Assembly: GCA_000165345.1 (NCBI GenBank)
Contig: CM000430.1
Span: forward strand, 512,001-576,000
Length of the DNA stretch: 64,000 nt
Direction of reading: 5' to 3'
Shown here: positions 41,406 through 52,800 of the stretch, piece by piece
How positions within the stretch are numbered: position 1 is the first letter of the stretch
Layout: every line of letters starts with the position of its first letter
Translations under genes and position numbers: made by a program
The notes under the pieces: model-generated
Told to the model about the DNA's origin: nothing
What the model saw: only the letters and a program-made list of their open reading frames with translations
Databases searched by the model: none

Positions 41406-42893
41406 ATGGTAGCTGTTGTATCAAGCGACTCTCACAAAGAGAGGCAGTCAAATCGTCCCAGGTTTATTACTCCTGTCTCAGCGGCTGAAAAAAGTATTCC
41501 TGTAGTTCCAGCTCCTGATGAAAAAACTTACAAAGAGACGACAGAGGCGATTCGACAAGTCCTCAATGAATGGAATATAAAGATAAGAGGACTAACAAAG
41601 ATGATAAATGATAGAAGCGTGGGGAGGGAAGCTTTCGATAGAAAAAAAAGTGAGTTCCAGGCAAAGCTAGATGAATATCAGAAATGTATTGAGAACCTTG
41701 AGGAGGAAAGGAAACTATGTATGGCTAAGATAAATGAAAAGTCTAAGGAGGGCCGTGAGATGAAGGCTAACCTTCAAAGCCTTAAAAAATCTGTAGGGTA
41801 TAAGTCAGAGGAGGAGATTGAGGCAAAAATTAAAGAGATTGAATATCAGTTGGTTACTTCCACGTTATCTCTCAAGGATGAGAAGAAGTTACTCTCACAA
41901 ATTTCTCAACTTAAACAAAGCCGTCCAATAGTTGGGAGGTTTGCACATATGGATGCAAGTGCCTCATCATTTGAGGAAAACTCAATCATCCCATTAAGAG
42001 CCAAGATTAGTTCAATTATAGAAGATCTCAACAAATTTCGCAAGCAAAAGAAGGAGGTATTTGATAAATTGCGTGCCCTTACAGCAGACAGACAAAAGGC
42101 TTTAGAACCACTTAGATCGCTTTATGATGAAAGGAGCGCAATGCAAAGTAAGGTAGAGGAACAACATACGAAACTTCGTCAATTGAGAGAGGAATACGAT
42201 CGTGAAATGAAGTTGTTTATGGAGTATCAAAGTAAATTGAGAGCTTTAAGATCAGAAAGAGTTAAAGAGGAAAAAATCTTAAGAGACCTCTATAGACAAC
42301 GTGATGATTTAAGGCTAGCATTAGAGCAAGAGGACGATCCTCCAATTTCTACTGAAATGCAACTTGTTCAACAGTCTCTAAGCTATATCCAGAAGCTTAT
42401 GGAATCCCATGGCGTTATTGACAAGACTTCACAATCCACAAAGGACAAAGCTACCTTAAGTGATGAGAGTAAGAATCTCTCTGCTTCTGCTATCAAAGGA
42501 CGTGACAAAGATGAGTCAGTACTCTTGCCAAAGAATCAGAGGAACGAAGAATATCTAATTCCTCCTAAGGGAAAGAAAAATAAGAGAAGACAGAACTCAT
42601 CTTCAAATAACTCTAGCTCAGCTCACAAGTCTCTAGTTGTAGACTTTGCCACAATTTCAACCTTTGAGAAAGTTGACTTGGATGTACCTATGACTACTGA
42701 TGACCTTCCTAAAGCTTATTCACTTTTATTGGAAAAACATCTTAAACTTAAAAGTGAATTTGACGAGAAATTTGCAAATCGCGAGAAGAGGAAGGAGGAG
42801 ATACTCAAGAAACTCGGTGATATAGAATTAAAAATCACTGAGGCTGGAGGGATTCTTGAAGACGCAGTTTCCTCTCCAAAGATTGAAGAATAA
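41406..42893 (+). CDS. Coiled-coil K/E/R-rich hypothetical protein of 495 aa.
   Basis: It has an ATG start, long heptad-like charged stretches, and a basic KKNKRRQNSSSNNSSS segment that may be an NLS. Confidence 0.6.
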   Translation: MVAVVSSDSHKERQSNRPRFITPVSAAEKSIPVVPAPDEKTYKETTEAIRQVLNEWNIKIRGLTKMINDRSVGREAFDRKKSEFQAKLDEYQKCIENLEEERKLCMAKINEKSKEGREMKANLQSLKKSVGYKSEEEIEAKIKEIEYQLVTSTLSLKDEKKLLSQISQLKQSRPIVGRFAHMDASASSFEENSIIPLRAKISSIIEDLNKFRKQKKEVFDKLRALTADRQKALEPLRSLYDERSAMQSKVEEQHTKLRQLREEYDREMKLFMEYQSKLRALRSERVKEEKILRDLYRQRDDLRLALEQEDDPPISTEMQLVQQSLSYIQKLMESHGVIDKTSQSTKDKATLSDESKNLSASAIKGRDKDESVLLPKNQRNEEYLIPPKGKKNKRRQNSSSNNSSSAHKSLVVDFATISTFEKVDLDVPMTTDDLPKAYSLLLEKHLKLKSEFDEKFANREKRKEEILKKLGDIELKITEAGGILEDAVSSPKIEE

Positions 42894-43032
42894 AGGGAGT
42901 GAGCTGTTTTCCATATTATGGAAAGACGGCCCTGTAGATGAGAAGACAAAACCTGCCAGTCCATAGTTTTAATTAAGGGTTTTGATATTCTCTAGCAGCA
43001 GTTTGATCTTAGGCAACTAATTTTAAGTATTT

Positions 43033-44673
43033 CTACCTAGCTAGTAGCGGGTTATTGCTAATGTTATCTGTTATTTTGCTTTTTGAAACTACTGATGAAT
43101 TGGGATTATTTACATATCTTTTTAAGTATAAGATAGTCTCAACGTGTTTCGTAAAAGGAAACATGTCTACGGGGACTGCGCATTCTGGAAAAAACACGGG
43201 AAAATATTCTTGCTGATCGGTATGTGGGTCATATGATGAGCATAATTCTATGCAATTCTTAACAAGCGACTCAACATTACAGCTTACATAAATTAAATAC
43301 TCTATTTTTGCCATCTTTCTCAGTGACTTAACAACGCTTGAATGTAGCCCACTTCTAGGAGGGTCAACAATAGCAATTACCAAATTATTGGATGGTAAAT
43401 TTTCTAAAAAGCCTGGTAATATGCTTTCTGCTGTACCTGTATAGTATTTTGCATTTTCAACTCCAATATTTTCAGCGTTTTTCTTAGCAGAATTTATTGC
43501 TTCTCTCGAACAATCTATTCCAATAAGTTCAACATCTTTAAAATTCCTTCCCAAATCACGAAAAATATCTAGTAACGTTAGCCCAATTGCTCCTACCCCA
43601 CAACAAATATCCAAAATGATTAATTTCTTTTTTTTAAGATTTTCATTTTTTTTAAGATTTTCCAAGAGCTTTATCTCGATAACTTTTCTTATCTCGTTGT
43701 ATAAGGTTTCACACCCTTTTGTGTTTGTTTGAAAAAAAGACAATGGGCCAATAAATAGTTCAGTATTTCTTATTTTAAACGAAATCTGGGGGCTTCCATG
43801 AAGCAAATCTAACTTTCCAATATCAAATGTATCTACAATAGAATCGGACTGATGAAGATACAAACTTTTTATTTTATATCCTATAAGGTCCATTTCAAAG
43901 CTTTTATCAATAAACTCTTCTATCAATAAATCAACTATTTTATTCTTAACTCCAATCCTTTCTACATTTGTGGTCTGAATAGTAACCATTATTTCTTTAT
44001 TTGTTTCTGACAACCTAATTAATAGTAATCGCCAAATTCCGCTCCTATTCCTCCTCGAATAAACCTTAAAATCACTCTCTCTAGAACTCATCTTAACCAT
44101 TTTTTCGGTTTTTTTAATAATTGGAATAATACAAGGATTTATGATTTCTAATGTTTTAGTATCTTGGATGTCATTCGAATTATCTACTTCATTTGAATTG
44201 TCTAAAACACCAATTGTAATAGGCTCAAACCTATCTATATAAGCTACAAATCCTACTGAAATATCAGAATCTGCATCCAAAATTTCGTTATTTGTATAGC
44301 CAATAGTGAATTCATATTTGTTTCTGTAAGAATACGGTATCGTTCCCTTATCCTCATCTTTTATACTAACTATTGGAAAAGCTTGAATTAATCCTTCAAA
44401 ATCTACAAGACTGAAACTATTCGTCATCCTCTCTTTCTTTTCAACCTTACACCATTTGGGTGGTATTAAGCCTTTGCTGGTTGCGCTCTTCCAAATGCTT
44501 TTAGAAAGTAAACCTAAATTTCTTCTCACTAGATTGTTTTTAAAGTCTAGTTGATTAATGTAGGAATCATTGTATAAAGGAGTAACTTTCTTTCTAAGAT
44601 ATTCAAAGCCACAATTTTTTGTACTACCTTCGTTCTTGTCAAGCTTAGCTCTTTTTTTTGCTGGGTTCTTCAT
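43033..44673 (-). CDS. TRM2: tRNA (uracil-5)-methyltransferase of 546 aa, TRM2/TrmA/RumA family.
   Basis: SAM motif I is LDICCGVGAIGLTL, motif IV is VDPPRSGL, and the catalytic-Cys region is YVSCNVESL. Confidence 0.8.
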   Translation of the reverse strand: MKNPAKKRAKLDKNEGSTKNCGFEYLRKKVTPLYNDSYINQLDFKNNLVRRNLGLLSKSIWKSATSKGLIPPKWCKVEKKERMTNSFSLVDFEGLIQAFPIVSIKDEDKGTIPYSYRNKYEFTIGYTNNEILDADSDISVGFVAYIDRFEPITIGVLDNSNEVDNSNDIQDTKTLEIINPCIIPIIKKTEKMVKMSSRESDFKVYSRRNRSGIWRLLLIRLSETNKEIMVTIQTTNVERIGVKNKIVDLLIEEFIDKSFEMDLIGYKIKSLYLHQSDSIVDTFDIGKLDLLHGSPQISFKIRNTELFIGPLSFFQTNTKGCETLYNEIRKVIEIKLLENLKKNENLKKKKLIILDICCGVGAIGLTLLDIFRDLGRNFKDVELIGIDCSREAINSAKKNAENIGVENAKYYTGTAESILPGFLENLPSNNLVIAIVDPPRSGLHSSVVKSLRKMAKIEYLIYVSCNVESLVKNCIELCSSYDPHTDQQEYFPVFFPECAVPVDMFPFTKHVETILYLKRYVNNPNSSVVSKSKITDNISNNPLLAR

Positions 44674-45112
44674 CTCAGTACGAATTTATTATTGGTAATA
44701 GTTGACAATATTTTAGCATAGTGATTTTGGCGGGAGCTATAAATTAATTTTGAAAAATGAAAAATCATTTTCTTCAGTAGTTTAAGCGTTTAGGTAAATG
44801 AGGAGGAGAAGAGAAAGAGCCTCAATTGAAGTTATTAAAAATTTAATAAATAATTACTTTAAGCTGGTATTAAGTCTCTTACAGCAATATCTAAGTTCAT
44901 ATTTTTGTAACTTTTGGTTAATTATATCTATAAATTACCGCCAGTATTATTAATACGATATTGAGATCAAGAAACACATTTTGATTATTAAATAAAAATA
45001 ACTATATCAATATTATTATTGTTTATTTATGGGAAAGACAAATTATATTAATTTATGAGCTATTTTTGGTTTACGAGTTTAAGGAACTCATTTAAATTAA
45101 AGAGTTTTCACA

Positions 45113-48100
45113 ATGTCAAACGTACTGACATGCAAAGCATTAAAGATATTATGCGGAGAAGATATACGTTACTTTGAGCTTGCAGAAGTTGCATACTTGG
45201 CTCGAATGAAGAAACTTTACGTATGCTTAGGAAGACATTCGATATATTTACTGAAAAGGAATTTAAGGAAAGTAATTACTGGAGGAAAGCTAAAGTATTC
45301 TCAAATTGAGGGGATTTATGAAGATATAAGCAAAGATACCCGGTTTTTAATTCTTCTTGATAATGAAAGGGATGAGAGATGGGTAGATGACAAACTTATT
45401 ATCAACTGTTTAAATAGGCACGTGCTTTGTAATTTTCTAGAGATGGCCTGGAAAGCTGATCATGCATTTAGAACAGGAAAGTATTATGACTTTCCTAGGT
45501 TCGGAATCAACTTGAATGAAATTAGAAATGAATTAAATATTTCTAAGAGTAAAAATTCGAGTATTGATAAAATTAAATCAATTGCAGTTTGGGGAATGAA
45601 TTCAAGACAAAAAAACATTAAGGGACGGTATGAAAAGTGCAAATTTACAGGGATATTGGACGAAAAAACACTGCTAGCAATTCAAAAACAATTAAATTTA
45701 TTAGAAGAAGGATACACGACTACAATATTTCCATTTGCTAAAATAGAAGAGTTTCAAGACTATAGAAAATATATCTTCGATGGCTATTACTTCTTTGCAA
45801 AGCAAGGTTTTGAAAATAAAGCAACTCAATCACACAACTCACAAACAGGTTCATATGTATCATATAACGGCGTTGAAATTAATATTAATGTACATCCACA
45901 GATATTTTTAAACCAAAAGAAACCAAATACTAATGATACTCAAACCAGAGAAAATAAAGGGGCAGAAACAAAAGGTTACTCAAATATTGGAAGCAACCTG
46001 TATAATGTTGCTCAAGAATATGTTAGGTTTCTCTCCAATATGTCAACCGATAAAACTTACTCTGTATATCTTAATGGCCAATACAACAAAAAAATGAACC
46101 TCTCTGATGACATTTCAACCTGGTCTTGTTGGGAGATTTTTATTAAAACATCAAGAATGAGCATTGTATGCATAATCATGAGGAGATGCTATATCCCTCC
46201 AACTTTAGACTCATATCAAGATATTTCAGTAACTTATACTTGCTCATATAAGGATATGAAGTATTTCAATTTAACTGATAGAGATTTGTTGAGAGAGTGT
46301 AGACTTTCGGCGGATTCGATTTCACCAATTTCTCAACATCACACTTTATACACAGAATTTATTCAGTCCCAATTGGATACTTTGCTATTCGACGAATTTT
46401 CATATAGTTGGATATCTACAAATATAAAGTTACATCCAGCATTCAAGGTAGGAGCAAGATCTTTTCTCAAGTCAATCCTTAAAATGTTGGATAAAGCAAA
46501 TATTCTAGCAGATAGTGAACTAATAGAAGAAATTGATCTATTGGAAAAAAGCGGTTCAAGTAGATACGACCAAGAGAACGAAACAAAAGTTGAAGTATTT
46601 GAAGATCCTATGGCATGCATTCATGAAATGCTTTCACAAATTTCAGGGGTAGACAAATTCTCTAGAAGTATTATTGAAAGACAAAAATTACATTTTTTTG
46701 AGCTTAGGCTTGCTAGGTATTTATCTTACTGCGTTGATGGAGGCCTACTTGGAGCAAAATTTATTATCGAAGACCTTGTATCCTCTGTTGGGATGGCAAA
46801 TAGGAATGTTGATAGTAAAATAAGGCAAGTTTTGGATTATTTGTTACATGTCAGATCGAAAGATATGTCTACGGATTATTGTCAATTAAAGCTTGTAAAT
46901 CTCCTTCAGAATCCGAGATTTGTAAGAGATTATTGCTTTGTGCCTTCTGTAATGGCAAGATTTGTAAATAGCGGATATTGTGCAAGACTTATCCCGGCTG
47001 GGAAGGAAACATTATATATAGAATTTCTAATGAATCTTTTAACGCTACCTATAAAAAATAACTTTGGGCAAAGATCGCAATTAAGAATATCTATTCTTCA
47101 ACAAGTGTTGCACGCAACAGGAGACTCTAAAAAAAGGGATTATTATATTCAGATGGTCCCTCTACTTGTTGAGATTTTTTCTGGAAATGAGTTGGACGGC
47201 GATAACACTGGTTCAAAGTATGCTGGGGCTGCTCTACTTAATCTATGCTTCTCAAACGATATATTAAAAAGTGAGCTTGTAAAAGCAGGGATATCTAGCG
47301 CAATAGTTAAGAAGCTTCAGAAAAGAGACGACCTTCAACTGACAAAAATATGCCTCTCCCTCGTGGTAAATATTTCTAAAGACCCTTCACATCGACAAAC
47401 CTTGATAGCGGAGGGGATATTACCAATCATTGCTGACTCTCTCCATGAGATTCTTGAAGATTTTAGGCCATATAATCAAGATTTAGTTTTGCAGAAGAAC
47501 AAAATCCATGGACAATTTGGAATTCATTCAAAACAAAATAGCGACTGGGATGTGCTACCTATTATTTTAGGCGTAATTGGCCAATTGAGCAATGAAAACG
47601 ATATAAAACACATGTTCATTTCTAATTGGTGCGTGCTTGACTATATTTTGTACCTTTTCCACAACCTTGAAGTTTATGTGGGAAGTAATAACGACATAAT
47701 TTGTAAAATAATTTTTTGTATAAAACAGCTTTGTAATTCGAGTTGGATTGTGCAACTTCGTGTTGGTAAACATTGTATTCCAACTCTTATTGAAATAATT
47801 TCCACACCATTAAATAAAAAAGAAAGGAGAGAGGCTTCAACTATGAAATTTATTCAGTACTATTCTTATTGGGTCCCTTTTCATACTATATCAGAAAATA
47901 GGGATTCTTCTATTTTTCTTAGCGGAATAAATGGAGATGTAATTTTTCATTCGTTATTATTGCTAGAGACTCTTTCTTATTATCATCCAAACTGTTTGGA
48001 AATGATTTCATTCGGTATTGAAAATGCACTTGATCTGTGCTTGGAGTCTTATTGCATAGACACTATAGTAATAAAACTAAACTACCTAAAAGACGTAGTA

Positions 48101-48124
48101 AAGAAAGTATCGCTCAGGATTTAG
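45113..48124 (+). CDS. Hypothetical protein of 1003 aa with armadillo-like repeats in its C-terminal half.
   Basis: It has an ATG start. The segment AALLNLCFSNDILKSELVKAGISSAIVKKL...LSLVVNISKDPSHRQTLIAEGILPIIADSL resembles ARM repeats. Confidence 0.55.
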   Translation: MSNVLTCKALKILCGEDIRYFELAEVAYLARMKKLYVCLGRHSIYLLKRNLRKVITGGKLKYSQIEGIYEDISKDTRFLILLDNERDERWVDDKLIINCLNRHVLCNFLEMAWKADHAFRTGKYYDFPRFGINLNEIRNELNISKSKNSSIDKIKSIAVWGMNSRQKNIKGRYEKCKFTGILDEKTLLAIQKQLNLLEEGYTTTIFPFAKIEEFQDYRKYIFDGYYFFAKQGFENKATQSHNSQTGSYVSYNGVEININVHPQIFLNQKKPNTNDTQTRENKGAETKGYSNIGSNLYNVAQEYVRFLSNMSTDKTYSVYLNGQYNKKMNLSDDISTWSCWEIFIKTSRMSIVCIIMRRCYIPPTLDSYQDISVTYTCSYKDMKYFNLTDRDLLRECRLSADSISPISQHHTLYTEFIQSQLDTLLFDEFSYSWISTNIKLHPAFKVGARSFLKSILKMLDKANILADSELIEEIDLLEKSGSSRYDQENETKVEVFEDPMACIHEMLSQISGVDKFSRSIIERQKLHFFELRLARYLSYCVDGGLLGAKFIIEDLVSSVGMANRNVDSKIRQVLDYLLHVRSKDMSTDYCQLKLVNLLQNPRFVRDYCFVPSVMARFVNSGYCARLIPAGKETLYIEFLMNLLTLPIKNNFGQRSQLRISILQQVLHATGDSKKRDYYIQMVPLLVEIFSGNELDGDNTGSKYAGAALLNLCFSNDILKSELVKAGISSAIVKKLQKRDDLQLTKICLSLVVNISKDPSHRQTLIAEGILPIIADSLHEILEDFRPYNQDLVLQKNKIHGQFGIHSKQNSDWDVLPIILGVIGQLSNENDIKHMFISNWCVLDYILYLFHNLEVYVGSNNDIICKIIFCIKQLCNSSWIVQLRVGKHCIPTLIEIISTPLNKKERREASTMKFIQYYSYWVPFHTISENRDSSIFLSGINGDVIFHSLLLLETLSYYHPNCLEMISFGIENALDLCLESYCIDTIVIKLNYLKDVVKKVSLRI

Positions 48125-48921
48125 TCACTCCACAACGATTTTAGAACATAATTATAGTATTCTAATTGCGTATTAAAGACTTTGAACTACTAATTCTGAA
48201 TTAATTGAAACATTGTATTTAACTTTGAAATAATATAACATTTACTTATCAGGAAAATGTGAAATATTTGGTATGAAAATTAATTATCAGATAATCTGCG
48301 AGTGTTAATTATTGTAATCATTATTATTTAGAGATTAAATATCTATAGTACATTTAATTCCATACTTCAAATAGGAATATTCCGCTACTTGATATTACAA
48401 CGCTTTTAGTATAAATGAATAAGATATCCACCCCTGAAAATATATTCTAGTCTGACCCGCAACAACTATATATTAATTTGCAAATCCAAATCAAAAAGAT
48501 GACCTAAGTTTATCAAGTTAAACCAAACCTGTTAACTAATTGAATATTGTAACGAATCCAATTGTTATATGAAAACAAGAATAGAAGTATAAAATTTAAC
48601 GAAAATAAACCAGAATATTATTTAGAATAACACTCCATACGTACTTTCTCGTTGCTAATTACTTGTTCATTAGTTTAAACGGCATTCCAAATAGAAAACT
48701 AATTTCGTGAAAATTATAAAAAAAAGGTATCTTTCCAAATTCAAAAAAACTTAGTCTTGAAAAGTTTAGCATTAATCTTACAACTGGTTCCATATATCAA
48801 GACAATTTATATACAATTCTGATAATAAAGAATAGAATGATCTATACTCCTCAAAGTATCTTTAAGATATACTGATCTGAGATTTAAAATATTTATAATG
48901 ATCTTAATTTCCCAGTATTTA

Positions 48922-51900
48922 TTAAGTTGAGTTAGCGTGTTTGATACTTTCGAATGAATTTCCTCTAATTACCCCTAATATTGATGATGACTGCTTAATT
49001 TTTGGAGGAGGTGGTGGCGGTGGAGGAGGTATATGTAGGGGAGTAGAAACAGAAGGGAGTATCAAATGCGGCGGAGAGTCAGTGTATAAATTTGCAACTG
49101 GAACTTGGCCAGGAAATATAGTATTACTATTATTCTGGTCGCAGCCGCTAATAACTGGATTGTACCCAATAATATGTAAAGGAGGAGCTTCAAAGGGACC
49201 AAAGTACTGATTAGAGGGGATTCTCTGCTTCGCAGCATTAACATTAGAAGGAGATAGAGGTAATCCAAGGCCAACTCCTAATATACCGCTTCCTATTCCT
49301 GAAGTACCCGTAAAAGGTCCCTTTGAACATTCAGCAGATATATTGAGATACCCTCCACAAATACTAGAATAATCACCAAACGGGGATTGGATAATTTGAA
49401 TAGCTCTTTGAATTTCATTCCGAAGGTGCTTTTTATTATTCTCATCAAAAATAGGTCTACATGCAGGTGGGCCCGGAAAAGGATTTCTTATATCACAACA
49501 AATACCCGGAATAGTAGTATTAATAATGTCTGGAGAGCTGATATCAATGACTGTAGTCCAAAGATGAGTTTCAATAAATTTAAGAAACCTGTAAAATAAT
49601 GTGTGGCTTTGAGAAAACTTGAGGAACTTAGATTCTTCAAAAATTTTTACATTGTTAATTAATGTAGGAGGGTCGCTAAATAATTCATCAATATCAAAAA
49701 TATCTCTCACAGAATTTGGACCGCATTCCTCATTTTTTTCTTTATCGCTGGTTACTTTCCCGTTCGAGTGTGTATTATAACCCTTAATATCAGCTAAAAA
49801 GCAATTGCCATATTCTTTATTGGCATTTGACTCTGATTGCTTAGTACCATTCTTGTAGCCAGTATCAATGGAATATCCGACGCTTGCAACCGACGCCATA
49901 TTAGATTCAGAACAAGCACAAGAGTATTTTGAATCGGAACAGTTAATGCATATATTATCTGAACTTAATATTCCAGGAGAAAGAGAATACGTACATGCGG
50001 TGCTTCCTATTGAGGACCTGCTTGATTCACCAAACGCTTCATGTTCCTCTGGTGGCTTATCTAAATTTAAGTTCTTTACATTCAGAAGTGTTTTTTCGGA
50101 ATGAACATCCTTGCTGATAGAATACCTGTTTTTTACGGAAAGTTTGGCAGCGCGACCGCCCTTTACTTCATCTAAATCTGATTTATATTGAAATTTACTA
50201 CCCTTTACAACATCAAGGTATAGCATTTTATATCCAACACCATCTTTTTCAATTGAACCTTTATCCGGCTCAGAATCAAAACTTGAATCGCTTGAGCTGG
50301 CTTGTTCAGCTACTCCAGCGCTTCCAGATGCCGTTTCTGTGTCGTAACTAACATTAGTTACATCTTCTATATCATCTTTGTAATTCACTGTCTCCTCTTG
50401 ATCTAATTCAGAAACCAAAGAAGGAAAATTCCCATCTAAATAGCTTTCTTCTGGAATTCCCTCAATTTTTTCAATTCCATTTTGCAAATAAATGTCACCT
50501 TTCCCTTTTTTGTAATTGCCCTTAATTGAAGTAAGTGTCAAGTTGTTCTCACTGGATTTGCATCTGCTTTGGATGTGATCAGAATTTAAATCTTCTAGTA
50601 TATCCTTAAATATTATTTTTGATGCATTGTGTGACTTTATAAAGAACTCATTTGCATCAATAACTGGAAGAATGCCAATTTTTTGGAAAAAGTATATAAC
50701 ACAAATTGTCCAGGCGTATCCGCCAGGGAATCCATTTAAGGTATTCCTAAGCCCACGAAACCTTGTCCATACTTTCGTTAGCACAACAACGTGGACAACT
50801 CGAGGATCCATTCTTGCATACCATGTAAGGATTCCAAGTCTGCTTTGAATAATAGGTAATGAATTGGCCTTTTGAATCTTGCATAAAGAGCCCGAAGTTT
50901 GCCCATCCTTAACTTCTTCTTGGTTGTTAGTTGATGGTAGAGCAATTGAAATATCTAAAACTATATCTGTATGAATATGAAGCATTCTGATAATTGGTAT
51001 GTGAGCACTGGTTATATCCTGTATACACGTGAATGGATTACGAAGCTTTCGTACCTCTGCCGATTGGTCTAACGGTACAGCGCCCTTCCCTTTCAATTTA
51101 TTTTCATTATTCAATGAGTTCATGCAATCGAAAGAGTCAGTTGATTTATTCTTACTCAATGCATCTAAAACATCTAATGAGTCACTTTGTAGCAGGCCTA
51201 GAAGTTCCTGTAAAATTAGGCCAGGTGGCTTAGTAAAAATATCAGATATGGGCGCATCTCCATATTTAGCTTTGTCAAACGAATCCTTTTTTGGAATCAA
51301 TGCAATATCAACATCAGAAAATTGATCAGCGAACCCTGTACTCGTTGAACCGTATGGAAATACTAATAAAGGAATTTTAGATTGCTCAAGCCAATTTCTA
51401 AGGTCACTAACCACGCTTGAAACTTTCAGACGAAATTCTTTATTTGGGATAAGATAATTTATTACATTTAATGTAGAAATTTCATAGCTTCTTAATGAAT
51501 ATGGCTGGAAATAAGGGATCTGATAATTGAATATAGCCGGTGCGCATGCCCCTAAATTATTACCTATAATACCAGTTGAATTAACACTTTGTTGAGGATG
51601 AGAGGAAATATTCCCTGGTAAGATTAAATCTTGTTTTTGGGTATTTAAAGATATTTTTGAATCGGGAAAGTAGTCTGGAGGAGGGGGAACAATATGACCA
51701 AAGTTGCATTGAGGGATCAAATGATTGTACCAAAACTGGTGGGGTATTGGGGATATTAAAGGAATGTGTACTTGACCATATTGCTGAACTTCTGATATGG
51801 TATTATTTTGAGCAATTCCCTGTGAAAAGCTGCCTTTAGATTGCTGATTTGAATCGTTTAAACTATTACTTCCAATATTTAAATGGTTTGTAGTATTTTC

Positions 51901-52410
51901 GATTATTACGCTGTTTCTGTTCTTGTTATTATTATTAACACTTGCCTTTGATATTTTTGTACAATCGGAAGCTGATGTAGATAACGACTTTTGGGTAAAT
52001 GTTACAGCTGATACAGAGGTTGGGGAACACGATGTGGAAAGCGGAGGTAAGTTAGAAGCTAAATTTTGTATACTATTAAAATTGGAACGGATTTCCCCAC
52101 AGTTTGATTTATCTGGTTTCTTTTTCCGGTGTTGTGCATGATTTGGAGCCAAAGACGTATGACCAAGTTTGTTTGGAGATTGACCAGAAGAAATCTCAAT
52201 TCCGCATGAACTACCTATGTTGCTGCTATCCGTTTGCGTACTCTTAGCAGAATTTGAGTTGATTTTTTTGCTAGAGTGAGCTGTCCTACGCCCAGATTTT
52301 CCTGAAGCGTCTTTTTTTTCAGATATAGGGTCTAGAACTTTATCCACACTAACTAGAACAGAGCGTCTTCTCTGGTCAGCTTCTGCATTTCTTTTCCCCG
52401 TAGCTGTCAT
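48922..52410 (-). CDS. Non-canonical poly(A) polymerase or terminal nucleotidyltransferase (Cid1/Trf4/Gld2 family) of 1162 aa. It has long low-complexity flanks and a C-terminal poly-Pro tract.
   Basis: The Pol-beta NTase core is LLVFPYGSTSTGFADQFSDVDIAL (GS...DxD intact). The PAP-associated domain is VVHVVVLTKVWTRFRGLRNTLNGFPGGYAWTICVIYFFQ. The N-terminus is S/N-rich and there is a PPPPPPPPPP tract near the C-terminus. Confidence 0.75.
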   Translation of the reverse strand: MTATGKRNAEADQRRRSVLVSVDKVLDPISEKKDASGKSGRRTAHSSKKINSNSAKSTQTDSSNIGSSCGIEISSGQSPNKLGHTSLAPNHAQHRKKKPDKSNCGEIRSNFNSIQNLASNLPPLSTSCSPTSVSAVTFTQKSLSTSASDCTKISKASVNNNNKNRNSVIIENTTNHLNIGSNSLNDSNQQSKGSFSQGIAQNNTISEVQQYGQVHIPLISPIPHQFWYNHLIPQCNFGHIVPPPPDYFPDSKISLNTQKQDLILPGNISSHPQQSVNSTGIIGNNLGACAPAIFNYQIPYFQPYSLRSYEISTLNVINYLIPNKEFRLKVSSVVSDLRNWLEQSKIPLLVFPYGSTSTGFADQFSDVDIALIPKKDSFDKAKYGDAPISDIFTKPPGLILQELLGLLQSDSLDVLDALSKNKSTDSFDCMNSLNNENKLKGKGAVPLDQSAEVRKLRNPFTCIQDITSAHIPIIRMLHIHTDIVLDISIALPSTNNQEEVKDGQTSGSLCKIQKANSLPIIQSRLGILTWYARMDPRVVHVVVLTKVWTRFRGLRNTLNGFPGGYAWTICVIYFFQKIGILPVIDANEFFIKSHNASKIIFKDILEDLNSDHIQSRCKSSENNLTLTSIKGNYKKGKGDIYLQNGIEKIEGIPEESYLDGNFPSLVSELDQEETVNYKDDIEDVTNVSYDTETASGSAGVAEQASSSDSSFDSEPDKGSIEKDGVGYKMLYLDVVKGSKFQYKSDLDEVKGGRAAKLSVKNRYSISKDVHSEKTLLNVKNLNLDKPPEEHEAFGESSRSSIGSTACTYSLSPGILSSDNICINCSDSKYSCACSESNMASVASVGYSIDTGYKNGTKQSESNANKEYGNCFLADIKGYNTHSNGKVTSDKEKNEECGPNSVRDIFDIDELFSDPPTLINNVKIFEESKFLKFSQSHTLFYRFLKFIETHLWTTVIDISSPDIINTTIPGICCDIRNPFPGPPACRPIFDENNKKHLRNEIQRAIQIIQSPFGDYSSICGGYLNISAECSKGPFTGTSGIGSGILGVGLGLPLSPSNVNAAKQRIPSNQYFGPFEAPPLHIIGYNPVISGCDQNNSNTIFPGQVPVANLYTDSPPHLILPSVSTPLHIPPPPPPPPPKIKQSSSILGVIRGNSFESIKHANST

Positions 52411-52800
52411 TGACTCCCCGACCGACCGTCAAAGAATTAACAAAGGCTAAACTAGGGTATTAAAAGAGTTGAATACCTTTGTCAGTGCCCGTCTCTAGCC
52501 ACAACAGTTAGGAATCCAACTTACTCAATTTATATTGCTCCGTGTCTACGTTTTGAGAGACAAACACTCTCTCGAACTTTAGTCAACTCTAACTCTCAAG
52601 TAGCTTCTGACTGTTCTTTTCTTATTGCAACAGCCACTGCATTATTCGAGGGCCTATGCACTTCTTTTCGTGCTTAAAAATTTGAATATACTTGCAAATT
52701 TTAGTTCGCAAAATTAGACTCAAGGTTTACCGCCATCGACGCGCCTTCAGTGCCTAGACCCGCCTTGATTTGAATTAACACGTAAATGTTGATATTAATT
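52411..52800. other. GC-enriched non-coding island of ~40-45% GC and about 390 bp in the divergent promoter. It is a candidate 5' UTR or a ncRNA.
   Basis: It contains no ORF. Its composition is clearly above the AT-rich intergenic norm. It carries a GACGCGCC motif at ~52738. No snRNA or tRNA signatures were recognised. Confidence 0.3.

Noticed and set aside
48941-49210. Plus-strand ORF with a GGGGGGGGGG tract.
   Set aside because: It is the reverse-frame shadow of the poly-Pro tract near the C-terminus of the minus-strand poly(A) polymerase gene.
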